Source: a virus. Taken from it: a stretch of 64,000 bases of DNA. Each line of letters starts with the position of its first letter. Within the stretch, counting starts at the first letter, position 1. The stretch covers positions 1 to 64,000 of IMG/VR virus record IMGVR_UViG_3300010970_000150; one strand, given 5' to 3'. The notes beneath the pieces were generated by a model. The model did no database searches and was not told the DNA's origin. It was given only the letters and a program-made list of their open reading frames with translations. This document shows, in pieces, positions 48,128-58,700 of the stretch. Position numbers and translations under genes: made by a program.

Positions 48128-50430
48128 TGCCTAATGAATTCCTAAAGGACGGAGATATCAGTTTTGTCGGGCTTAACAGCCGTGACAATCCTGCATCTTT
48201 GTCTGCTGGAATTGTTAGCAGGTCTCAGAATTTCAGAATGGATAGGGGTGTTGCAACCGCAAGAAAAGGTCTGCAACGCAAGACTATTGGCTCTTTGGTT
48301 GGGCAAACCATCTACGGCACAGGCACATACATCCTTTCTTCTGGACAAGAAGTTATTGTTATTGTTGTTGCAGATGGTCTATACAGTTACAACCCGCAGA
48401 CAGAAATTCTTTCCTCAAAGGTCTATTTCCCTAGCAGGGTAACAGGGAAGACGCTTTCATCTTCTGATTCGCTTACTGTTACAGTTACATCAGCCGCCCA
48501 CGGACTGCTGGCTGGTGCAAGTGTGTATGTAGAATGCAGTAGCGTAGGGTATACTGGATTGTTTGTTGTTTCATCTGTTGCAACAAACACATTCACCTAC
48601 ACAATGCCCTCTGTTGCAAGTGCAGGGGCTGTGTCTGGTGTTGCCTGTAGTTATAGTGCCGCACAGTTAGTTACTACCCCAGACGGCTGTGATGTCTGTA
48701 ATGCGTTTGACAAGGTTTTTATCAGTCGTGGCTTTGATAAGCGTCCGTTGATGTGGGACTTAAATGTAACCATAACTGCCCTTCCTGTTTCTCCTTCTTC
48801 TGGTCACCAGTTCCCTAACTGCTCTGGTCTGATGTTCTATGCAAATAGACTTATTGCCCTAGGAAAGCACCACAACGAGCCAACTGCACTCAGAAACTAC
48901 GACACAGTTTCCGTAAGCAACTTCCTAGATTATGAAATGTGGGATGCCCTTGATGCGTTCACCATCAACAATGGCGGCAACGACCAAATAGTTAGCATCT
49001 CTCCGTGGACTCTTAATGAGTTCTTGGTGTTTATGCGTAACAGCATCTTCTATATTGGCGTTGGAACTAGTAGGTATATATCTGGAGATGCTCTTTCGGC
49101 AGACTCGTATGTTAGAACCCTTGCTACGGACATCGGCTGTTCGGCACGAAAGTCAGTCGTACAGGCTGGCGGTGGCGTGTTCTTCCTATCTGACAGCGGT
49201 GTTTACTTCCTCCAGCCTCAACCCGCTTCTGCGGAGTCGATGAAGTTGCTGACTATGGCTGACCCAATCTCAGCCCCGATTGACAATGTTATCCAGCGTA
49301 TCAACAAAAACTATGCCTACCGAGCCGTTGCTACTTATTGGAACAATCGCTATTACCTTGCAGTTCCGCTTGACGATAGTACTGTCAATAATACTGTACT
49401 TGTATACAATTTTATTCTGAGGCAATGGGAGTCGGTTGATACATATCCTACGCTGGTAACTACAAAAAATCCCCTTACGGCTGATGTTTGGCAGTTTGGT
49501 GGCACTTATCCAAATTATATAAATAACGGGGATATATATATTCAAATTACTAAAAATTCTGCACTTCCTAATCACGGACTTGCTGTTAATGATTATGTAA
49601 CTGTAAATTTTGCCAATGATTCTTATTCTGGAGCAACACTTGTTGTCGGGAAGCATCCACCTAACGGAACATACAAAGTATTAAGTGGACAGCCGTTTTC
49701 TGATGTATATTTTACAATTAAGATTCCATTAGACTCATTTGAGTCTCTTCCGTTTACTGGAAGTTACACGACTCCAAGTTATATTTACACCTCTGGACTT
49801 AATCCTACCTTTTCAAAGGCAGAGTCTGTTTCGCTTAAAGATTTCATTGTTGCTAAGAAAAACAATCAAAGACGGATGTTCTTAATTGATAATGTGCAAG
49901 GCGTATTCTTGACAGAAGAACTAGATTATGATGAGTTCGGAGATTCTATTGGAAACCCAGTTCTTCCAAATCCTATAACTGGCGTTGACACTTTAGCAAA
50001 CATTGCACTTGGGTTATACGGAAACCTTATTTTGGTTTCATCCCTTACGGAAAGCGGTGCTCCTAACCCTAATGTAATTATTCTTGAGGCTTTGGCGTTT
50101 AGCAAAAATGCTATTAACGCAGTTCTTGAAACAAGGCAGTATTCATTTAATGGAATAAACGACAAGCGTTTCAGTTCCTACGAGGCAAACCTTCTAACCT
50201 CTGGCGGTGAATACATTGAAACATATGTAAATGTTCTTAACCCAGATATTTCCGTAAAGGTAGACGCACTAGGCTCTTCTTCACTTGAAGACCACAACAG
50301 AAGTAATCCTATTAGGAAAACAGGTTCTCACGCATCCATTAAGTTCATCTCTTACTCTAAGAGACCCTCTATTCGCTCTGCCTTTATTTACGCCAAGCAA
50401 CAAAACAAAAACAATTTAAACAAACAATAA
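48127..50430 (+). CDS. Tail tubular protein B / gp10-like nozzle, copy B'
   Basis: Identical to 3704..6004 for about 545 aa, then diverged. Confidence 0.7.
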   Translation: MPNEFLKDGDISFVGLNSRDNPASLSAGIVSRSQNFRMDRGVATARKGLQRKTIGSLVGQTIYGTGTYILSSGQEVIVIVVADGLYSYNPQTEILSSKVYFPSRVTGKTLSSSDSLTVTVTSAAHGLLAGASVYVECSSVGYTGLFVVSSVATNTFTYTMPSVASAGAVSGVACSYSAAQLVTTPDGCDVCNAFDKVFISRGFDKRPLMWDLNVTITALPVSPSSGHQFPNCSGLMFYANRLIALGKHHNEPTALRNYDTVSVSNFLDYEMWDALDAFTINNGGNDQIVSISPWTLNEFLVFMRNSIFYIGVGTSRYISGDALSADSYVRTLATDIGCSARKSVVQAGGGVFFLSDSGVYFLQPQPASAESMKLLTMADPISAPIDNVIQRINKNYAYRAVATYWNNRYYLAVPLDDSTVNNTVLVYNFILRQWESVDTYPTLVTTKNPLTADVWQFGGTYPNYINNGDIYIQITKNSALPNHGLAVNDYVTVNFANDSYSGATLVVGKHPPNGTYKVLSGQPFSDVYFTIKIPLDSFESLPFTGSYTTPSYIYTSGLNPTFSKAESVSLKDFIVAKKNNQRRMFLIDNVQGVFLTEELDYDEFGDSIGNPVLPNPITGVDTLANIALGLYGNLILVSSLTESGAPNPNVIILEALAFSKNAINAVLETRQYSFNGINDKRFSSYEANLLTSGGEYIETYVNVLNPDISVKVDALGSSSLEDHNRSNPIRKTGSHASIKFISYSKRPSIRSAFIYAKQQNKNNLNKQ

Positions 50431-50431
50431 T

Positions 50432-51670
50432 ATGTCCCAACTTTCTAAAGGAGATACATTTGCTGACGGACAGCAACTCACAGCCGCCAGACTTAACCAA
50501 CTCGTTGACTCTGGTCAAGTTCTTGTCGGTGCTATTACAGAGCAGACGGCTGTCACCGCTAACACCCTAGAGGCTACCGATGCAATCCTTGTGAGCGATG
50601 CTGGTGTGCTTAAAAAGGCTACTATTGGAGATGTAATTGGCTCTGGGCTTCCTATTACGGCTTCTTCTGTTACAACATCTGCTATCAATGGTGCTCCTAA
50701 TGCTGATGTAATTCTTACGCCAAACGATGCTGTTGTTGCTACAAGCAAGGTATTTACATCTGCTGATGGAATTACTGCTGTTGTTACCTCTGTTGCTCAC
50801 GCTCTTGAAACAGGACAAGTTGTTAACATCACAGCCAGCATTGCGGATTACAGCGGATTATATGCTATCACAGTTCTAACAGTAGACACTTTTAGTTACA
50901 AGATTAGACAAACTACACCTGTTGCCGCTAGCGGAACTTGTTCTTATACAAGAAAAGGAACTGAATTGGTTAAAGGAAGTAAGTCTTCTTTGTATAATTC
51001 TTATGTTGGTGGTTCTAGTACAATTGAAGGTTCTCAAATTGTTAGAGGAAATGAAAGCATTGATGGAAATCTAGATGTCGTTGGAACGATGTCGGTCAAG
51101 GGGCAATCTACATTTACGCTTGCCCCTATGCTTGGGACTACTGCGATTAATCCACGCCTTGACTACTTTGTTCAAACCAGAACACAGGGACAATTTACTT
51201 CTGGATGGGGTGGTCTTCAGAATCTTGCTAATATATATGGCACTAAAATTACGCCACTTAACATTACATTTACTCCACAAAAGGCTGGAAACAAGGTTCT
51301 CCTTACTTGGACTATTTTTGGAGAATGTCAATATGGTTCATTTAATGTATTTCTTGTGACTAGAACTCCTAATTCTGGCGTTGGTGCTGGTGTTGCTGTT
51401 GCACTCCCAGACTCTGTTGACTCATCTAATAATACTTGGTCAGGCGTTTCTACATATTATGATGGAAGCGATGACCAGACACCACAAGTTATTACTGTAA
51501 AAATTATTGATAATAACACCCTAGATGTTGATTGCACTTATGCTGTTCATTTTAGGGCTTCGGCTAACGGAACTAATACTTTCTTTTTAAATAGAACCGT
51601 TACTAGTACTGGCAGTTTTAGTCACAACTCTGGTATGTCCCTAGGACACGCTCACGAAATCTATATTTAA
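50432..51670 (+). CDS. Tail fibre/spike protein, copy B'
   Basis: N-terminus like 6006..7166; different C-terminal domain (LNITFTP...NKVLL). Confidence 0.6.
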   Translation: MSQLSKGDTFADGQQLTAARLNQLVDSGQVLVGAITEQTAVTANTLEATDAILVSDAGVLKKATIGDVIGSGLPITASSVTTSAINGAPNADVILTPNDAVVATSKVFTSADGITAVVTSVAHALETGQVVNITASIADYSGLYAITVLTVDTFSYKIRQTTPVAASGTCSYTRKGTELVKGSKSSLYNSYVGGSSTIEGSQIVRGNESIDGNLDVVGTMSVKGQSTFTLAPMLGTTAINPRLDYFVQTRTQGQFTSGWGGLQNLANIYGTKITPLNITFTPQKAGNKVLLTWTIFGECQYGSFNVFLVTRTPNSGVGAGVAVALPDSVDSSNNTWSGVSTYYDGSDDQTPQVITVKIIDNNTLDVDCTYAVHFRASANGTNTFFLNRTVTSTGSFSHNSGMSLGHAHEIYI

Positions 51671-52095
51671 TGACACTTGGTGACCTCATCGACTACATCA
51701 AGACGAACCGCAACAAGGGTCGTGGGGAAGCCTTTGGCTGGTCGGACGATGAGTTGATTACCTACCTACATTGGGCTGACACCTTCCAGTACCTGTTTGT
51801 TGTATCGGATGAAAATGGCTTTGCTGGGTGTTCTATAATGTACCCAGTAGCCGTCCCTGCCGAGGGCGAGCAAGCAGAACTAATGACTTTTAAGGCAAAT
51901 ATCCCTCTTTCTGAGGAAGGTACTGCCGCCCTATGTATAATGGACTTTGTGGCATCCACACCTGAGGCAAAGAAAAGCCTTGTAACCCAACTTAAAGAAC
52001 GCTACCCAAACTGGGAAAAGCAGGAAAAGTTGGCTTTGAGGTTTGGTGTAGTAAAGAAACTCTCTAACAAATACATAAACCTTTTAACTACTTAA
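51670..52095 (+). CDS. Hypothetical protein (possible GNAT-like fold)
   Basis: Weak paralog of 7167..7595. Confidence 0.5.
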   Translation: MTLGDLIDYIKTNRNKGRGEAFGWSDDELITYLHWADTFQYLFVVSDENGFAGCSIMYPVAVPAEGEQAELMTFKANIPLSEEGTAALCIMDFVASTPEAKKSLVTQLKERYPNWEKQEKLALRFGVVKKLSNKYINLLTT

Positions 52096-52099
52096 TATA

Positions 52100-53176
52100 A
52101 TGGGAAGCAAAAAAATCTCCGCACCCCCTCCTCGTAACTACGCTCAGGAAATGAAGGATGCCATCAACGCTCAAATCGAAATCCAGCCTAAGTTGCTGGC
52201 TAGCGAGAGAGAGTACCAGCCGCAGTACCAGAAACTCCAGCAGGAGATGATGGACAACCAACTGAAGTTCCAAGCGGAATCCTACGGCAAGTTCATCCCT
52301 CAGGCGGCTGAACTGAGCAGTCAGTACGCTACGGCTATGTCCCCTGTGTACGGACAGATTGGCGAGTCTGCTATGGGGGCTTACAGGCGTGGTATGGGGG
52401 CTGAGACTATGGGTCTGTACGATACGATGGCTCAGCAGGCTCAAGAAGGTCTTCAGGCTGGTTCTGGGCTTACTGCTCAAATGACTCAGCAGTCCCAGCA
52501 GGCGGCTAGGGCGGCAATGGCGGCTAGGGGTCTCACAGGCAATCAAGCAGTCGCTCAAGAGGTTCTAGGTAGTTACAATATGGGTGTGGCTCGTGAGGAT
52601 AGGGCTAGACAGTACGCTCAAAGCACCTACGGACTAGGAGCACAGAATGCTCAGCAGGCTATGGGCAGTTACGGCAGTCAAATGCTTACTCAGGCTAATG
52701 CTTACTCCCCTGCTAATATGTACGGCTCTGCCTACAATATGTCTCAGGGACTTGGTGCTCAAATCTTTCAACCTGAATCCCAATACAACTCTGCTCTTAT
52801 TGGTGCTAACCGCCAAGAGGCTATGCAAGTCAAGATGGCTAACCAACAGGCTAGCAATTCCTTTACCTCTGGTCTTATGGGTATGGGCGGTGCTATCATT
52901 GGCGGTATGGCTACTGGCGGTACTGGATTCTTTGCTAAGCCTCCCGTTCCTTGTTGGGTTGCTAGAGAAGTCTATGGAGAAGAAAACCCCAAATGGCTCT
53001 TCTTCCGTGAATGGCTTGAGACATCTGCTCCTAAGTGGTTTCATCAACTGTACCTTGAAGAAGGCGAGCAGTTCGCTGAATACATTAAGAACAAGCCTTT
53101 CCTCAAGGCTATCATCAGGCTTTGTATGGATGCGGTTATCAAGTTGAACTACAACTCTAATCAAATCCCTGCCTAA
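52100..53176 (+). CDS. Internal virion/ejection protein with extra C-terminal CWVAREVYG domain
   Basis: Paralog of 7595..8473 plus about 74 aa starting PCWVAREVYG. Confidence 0.65.
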   Translation: MGSKKISAPPPRNYAQEMKDAINAQIEIQPKLLASEREYQPQYQKLQQEMMDNQLKFQAESYGKFIPQAAELSSQYATAMSPVYGQIGESAMGAYRRGMGAETMGLYDTMAQQAQEGLQAGSGLTAQMTQQSQQAARAAMAARGLTGNQAVAQEVLGSYNMGVAREDRARQYAQSTYGLGAQNAQQAMGSYGSQMLTQANAYSPANMYGSAYNMSQGLGAQIFQPESQYNSALIGANRQEAMQVKMANQQASNSFTSGLMGMGGAIIGGMATGGTGFFAKPPVPCWVAREVYGEENPKWLFFREWLETSAPKWFHQLYLEEGEQFAEYIKNKPFLKAIIRLCMDAVIKLNYNSNQIPA

Positions 53177-53181
53177 TTTTT

Positions 53182-55743
53182 ATGGCTAAAACTTTTGGAC
53201 AGTATACTGGTGGCATCCAACCCATCCAAGGCATCAGCGAATTCGGTGCTCAGCAAGCGGCTAGCATAGAGCGTACTATGGGCGGTCTTGCTAATACCAT
53301 TACTAAGACCTATGATACACTCAACCAGCAGGAAGAAGAGAACTCCGCTAACAAGGAACTGATTAAAGGTCAGTCTGGAAACCTTGCCGCTATCAAGAAG
53401 TTGATGGATGCCAATCCTGACACCAAGGATAGTCCTTTGTCTCAGAGCATCACCGAAATGATTGCCAAGTTGGATTCCGCTGGTGACCTCAATCGTGGAC
53501 AACTCAAGGGACTCCTGAAGTCCTCTGAAGTCTTCACATCCCAGTTGCCCCTTACGATGCAGTTGCAGGATAAGGCGTTCTTGGCTCAGACTACTGCTGG
53601 CGTTCAGAAGGCTCTTGCGGCTCTCAAGAATCAGACAGTCAAGGATAGCAAAGGCTACGACATTCCTGTTCCTAGTTTTGCTGGTGGAAGCCCTGAGAAG
53701 TACCAGAAAGACCTACAGACCTTTTTTGAACAACACAAGAAGGACAACCCTGAGGTTCAACTTGATGTTGGCAAGGCTGTCAGAGATTCCGTTCAACTTC
53801 AAATCCAGCGGTTCACTAATGACCCTGACCTGACCAAGGCTGACCCCACTTACAAGCAACACCTAATCAGAGGCTTTGAAGCCCTCAGCAAGCGTGATGC
53901 ACTTACCGACAAACTTGCAACTCAGTCCTCTGAAGAGTATGGTACTGGTGAAAATATTATGGGGCAAGTTGGTGATATTGCAACACAGGACAAACTTGCT
54001 ACTTCAGCCCCTGCTGACATCCGCAGGGGAGAACTTGCGGCTGACGCTTTAGAGGCTCAGCGTAAGGCTGGAAATCTTCCCCCTGTTGCTGGCGTTACAC
54101 CTGAAACTGTTAATGTTGGTGAGCCGCTATCTGCCGTTCAAAAGGCTATAAACGCAGGAAAGCCTGTTTTTGAAGAACTTAATAAAGCAAAAGCAGACCT
54201 TGAAAAGTCTGATGATAAGATTACTCGTGATTTCACATACAAGAATGGAGAGTATGTTGACAAGAATGGAAAGGCTGGAGGTTACGCTGATGCAAAAGCA
54301 AAAAGAGATGCACTAAGAGAAAAAGTCGGCACTCTCACAAAGAAATACAATGACATTAAAATTGGAGATTTCCAAGACGATGTTCCTACTAGGGCTGAAG
54401 AAGAAATCCTTGCCGCAAATCAACTTACAGAAGAAGGAAAGTTTAAGGCTATGGTTGGAGTTAAGGCTGATAAATTTGAAAAGAAATACCTTGAAGAGTT
54501 GTTGCTTGATGTAAAGAAAGGTGGCTATGTTGGCTTTGGAGATAGAATGGCTCAAAATGCCGTTGGCAATGAACGACTAACAAACGAAGTTTTTAGAGAC
54601 CCTGATGTTGAAAGATTTGCTGGCAGGCGTTCGTCAATAGAGGCAATGGATGAAGTCACAAAAAAGAGACAAGATTTATTTAAATGGGTTGGAGAACTTA
54701 GAGACAAGCAAGGACTTGGACTGACGGAAGGTGGCAAGGATATTCGTCCTGCTCAAAAACTTGCCGTTCTTAGCGAACTTGAAAAAAGGATTTCAGACAT
54801 TGATAAGCGTCTTGCAAATCCTGTTCCCGCTAAAATTGTGACTCCTGCCGATGCAAGAGCACAAGCCGCTGGCATTGTTGCTGGAGGGGAAGCCCCAGCC
54901 GCTGAAGCACCCAAGCCTGACATCTATGCGATGGGCTTTGATTATAAGATGACAATTCCGGGGGTCTTTGTTAATGAAAGACCTCTCACCTACGATGAAG
55001 AGAGAGAAGGAGTTCGCAAGTGGTTTGAAGAAAATCACAATGGCGTTGTTCCTACTACTATTGATTCTATCTATAAGACTATCAGACCTGAAGCGGCTCT
55101 CAAATTTGCAAAAGGTCCGAATGGAGAAAATCTAATGCACACAGATAAGGGTTGGACGCAGATGACCCAATTGACTCAGCCTAAGGGTATGACCAGCGAA
55201 GAGCAAAGTGACGAAACTCTCTTTAAGTTTGGTCAAGTTGTTAATGGAAGAAGAGAACCTATGGAGGCTGTTAAGGGTTCTGGCATTATGGTAGTTGGAA
55301 ACTTTGGTGGAGGAAAGAAAAGAGCCGAAGCGTTTGCACAGAACCTTCAGGATGTAGCCACCCTTCAGGAATCCATTCCTGCACTTATAGAAATGTTTAA
55401 GAAACCCGGTCACTCAATCAGTATATTGAATCAAAAAGAACACGGCATTGCTATGTCTCACTTGGCAAAGATTCGTGCCGCCATTCGTGTTGAAACTGTC
55501 GGAACTGGACCAGTTGCTCTTCCTGAACACGAAATGATTAACAAACGCCTTGGTGACCCCAATGCCACCCTTACCTTTGACACAACTGAAATTGCTAAAT
55601 TGCAAGAGATTCTTAATACAGGCAAAAGCAATTTACAGAGACAGGGCGTTGGGCTTAATGTTACCTTTAGACCTCCCTCTAAAAACGGACAAAATCCTGT
55701 ACAGCAAAATAGAGTTGCCAATGCCATCAGCAGAGGTAACTAA
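53182..55743 (+). CDS. Internal virion/ejection protein (medium), copy B'
   Basis: 853 aa; syntenic with 8476..10443. Confidence 0.55.
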   Translation: MAKTFGQYTGGIQPIQGISEFGAQQAASIERTMGGLANTITKTYDTLNQQEEENSANKELIKGQSGNLAAIKKLMDANPDTKDSPLSQSITEMIAKLDSAGDLNRGQLKGLLKSSEVFTSQLPLTMQLQDKAFLAQTTAGVQKALAALKNQTVKDSKGYDIPVPSFAGGSPEKYQKDLQTFFEQHKKDNPEVQLDVGKAVRDSVQLQIQRFTNDPDLTKADPTYKQHLIRGFEALSKRDALTDKLATQSSEEYGTGENIMGQVGDIATQDKLATSAPADIRRGELAADALEAQRKAGNLPPVAGVTPETVNVGEPLSAVQKAINAGKPVFEELNKAKADLEKSDDKITRDFTYKNGEYVDKNGKAGGYADAKAKRDALREKVGTLTKKYNDIKIGDFQDDVPTRAEEEILAANQLTEEGKFKAMVGVKADKFEKKYLEELLLDVKKGGYVGFGDRMAQNAVGNERLTNEVFRDPDVERFAGRRSSIEAMDEVTKKRQDLFKWVGELRDKQGLGLTEGGKDIRPAQKLAVLSELEKRISDIDKRLANPVPAKIVTPADARAQAAGIVAGGEAPAAEAPKPDIYAMGFDYKMTIPGVFVNERPLTYDEEREGVRKWFEENHNGVVPTTIDSIYKTIRPEAALKFAKGPNGENLMHTDKGWTQMTQLTQPKGMTSEEQSDETLFKFGQVVNGRREPMEAVKGSGIMVVGNFGGGKKRAEAFAQNLQDVATLQESIPALIEMFKKPGHSISILNQKEHGIAMSHLAKIRAAIRVETVGTGPVALPEHEMINKRLGDPNATLTFDTTEIAKLQEILNTGKSNLQRQGVGLNVTFRPPSKNGQNPVQQNRVANAISRGN

Positions 55744-55751
55744 TAATTTAT

Positions 55752-58700
55752 ATGCCTGAAGAACTCTACAATACTCCTTCTAACAACAGCGGCGTGGCAA
55801 GTGGCTGGCTGGCTGTTAATGGAGTTGGACAACAAGACCAAGCCCTTCAGGGAATGAATGAAGATACAAAGGCTTACATTGAGACGCTTCCTCCCTCAGA
55901 AAGACAAAAGGCTATTGATGAGTTCAATGCCCCCCTTTCAGGTATGGAGGTTTACGAAGCCCTGAAGCAAAGCCCTGATTTCAAGCCCACGCACGAGGAG
56001 TACACCAAGTACCTCGCTTACGACAAGGAACATAAAACTTCCGTCCTTGAAGGTCTTGGTATGCTCGGTGAGGGTATGAGTGCCGTTATGGGTGACTTAG
56101 GTAAGGCGGCTGGTGCTGTCATTGACCATCCTATGTCTGGGCTGGCAAAAGCCCCTGCATCCCTCATTGAGGCGTTTGCACAGGGTACTCGCAACCTCTA
56201 TGGTATGGTGGCTCAGTCTGCTAGCCCTGATAGCGTGTTGTTCAAGATGAAGAACGCTCTTGCTGGCGATGGTACTGTTGACGGCTACAATCAATTCCTA
56301 GAGGCTCGTAAGTTCAATAAACATTCTGCGGCTCTTGCTGAAGGCAAGGAGACCCTAGTTATGGACAAGGATGTCATTGACCACGACCTCACTTTGGCGA
56401 TGTCTTATATCGCTGACCCTACACTATTTATTCCGTTTGGCAATGCGGCTTCTGCGGCTATGAAGGCTGTTGGTATGGGCGAGAAGATTGCCCTTATGGG
56501 TGGCAGAGCCGCTTCTATTAAGGCGGCTGTCATTGGTGGCGGCTTGAAGTGGGGCGTTGGTGCTCCCATTGAAGCACTTGCTAGTGTCACCAGAGGTACA
56601 ATTGAAAGAGGTGCGGCTCTTGGTGGTGCTGTCTTAGAAACCACTACAGGCATCTCTGCGGCTGAACTCAAGGCTACGGCTAAACTTTCTGCCGCTGGTA
56701 CGACCACGGCTTCTGCTCTTGGTGGTCATATTCCTATTATCTCTGATATCAGCAACACCTATGTTGCGGCTGGTGCGGCTAGAGGCTTTGGTGAAGCCAT
56801 TGGTGCTGTTGGTGAACAGATTCAGAAACAAGGCTTTAATCGTGGATACAACTCTTTTGCTCGTGAGGCTTTTGAGCAGACAAAAGGTCTTTCTCCCCAC
56901 GCCAAGGGACTCCTGAAAGTACTTGATGCCGTTGACCCTATGTTCTCATATGGCTATGGTACGGCTGTTGGTGCTGGACACGGAGCACTCATTGGTGGCA
57001 CTCTTGGATACCTGAACGCTGGAGAAGAAGGTATGTACCACGGAATGGGTGCTGGTATTGCCCTTGGTGCTACTGGTGCTGTGGGTGGCAGGATGTTTGC
57101 TGATGTTGCTGGTGGCACTAAGATGGCTAGAGCAGAAATTCAAGGAGGCTTTGTCATTGAAAATATGAGGGCTGACAAGCACATCAACTTAGAGGCTACT
57201 GAACTCTACCTTGAACTGGCTACTCGCAATGGAGACAGGGCTGGTGCTTTGCAAGTCATTGGAGGTCTAGACAGAGTTGCTCCTGATATGAGACTCATCC
57301 TTGGAAATGTAGAAAGCCAAAAGAAACTTCTTCAATCCAAAGGACTTAACGAACACGGACATAAGGTTGACCCTAAGACTGGAAAGGTTGAAATGCGTAA
57401 TGGAAAGCCTATTGAATACGAAGCCCCCCTTGCTGGCTTCTATGGTGGTGAAGGTTTTGTTATGCACACCGACAGAGATGGCAACGGCAAACAACAGGTC
57501 ACAGTTGTGATTAACACAGACGCTCTTGCTAGTGGCAAAAAGAATGTGATGCACCACGAACTTTTCCACGCTGTCTTCAAGACAACGATTATGGAGAAGA
57601 TGTTCAGAGACAACTTTGCTGAGGCTATCCTTGGAAAGTTTGATGCTAATGGCATTAAAGTCAAGGACTCTGAAATTAACCCCAAGGAGTTCAAGGCATT
57701 TGTTACACGAGAACTTGCTAACACAGTAGACCCTGCTACGAATAAGAAACTTGCTCCTGCTGAACTGACTAGAAGACTTAAAGAGTTCGATTATCACCTT
57801 GCTGAATATCAGAAGGCTGGAACTACGGCTAAGATGAATCCTGACTCTGCCAAGGCTCTTAACTATCTTGTTGAAGAATTTGGTGCTCACTACGCTACAC
57901 AATTTATGAAGGGTAAGCCTGTTGACTATCTGTTCAGAGGAGCAGAGTACACAGGTATGCAAGGCGTTATGGACAGACTCCACAACGGATTCCTAGACTT
58001 CTGGCAGGGTCAGACTGGTAGGCAGAACCCAACCTTTGGAGACTTTACAGCCAAGGGCTTTGATGAATCGTTTGCACCCAATAAAGGCAAGCGTACACTC
58101 GACCAAAGAAGCCCTGCTCTTGACTATATGGTGCAAGACCTCCTGCGTTCGGTTGCTGGTAAACGCAAGGGAAGCACGAATTCTTTTGATGTTAGAACGA
58201 TGTCTCCTGAGGCTCGTAACGCTTACTTCAACAGTTCTGGTATGGATGGAGTCAGGGCTTACTACGACAAGGACGGCAAACTCCGTAATGTCACAGAGGC
58301 TCAGGTAACGGCTGAACGACTTGAAGTCGGTAAGGCTATCCACGAATCCCTGTCTAAACTTGACCCTAAGGAAACCGCAGGTCTTGCTGACTCTGACGGA
58401 AATTTTGGTTCTTCCTCTACGCTTGGCACTAAGTTTAACGACACAGTACTGGCTCACCTTGTTAAAGAAGGTCACATCAGCCAGCAACTCGCTGAGCGTA
58501 TTAAGACTGTTCAGGACATTGTCAGCGGTCAGGGTTCTAATCGTGTCTCTTATCTCTACAAAGGAGCGTCACACGAAACAGAAGTTGGTCCAAATTCCCC
58601 TCGTCTTTACGGCAAGGATGTTCCTATCACAGCCAGAGAAACAATTGTTGTTGGTTACAAGATTACAATTAAAAAGGACGGCACTATGTCTCTCGTGATG

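Larger units (their letters stand above)
47454..49764 (+). repeat. 2.3-kb direct repeat, copy 2
   Basis: Matches 3031..5341. Confidence 0.9.
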
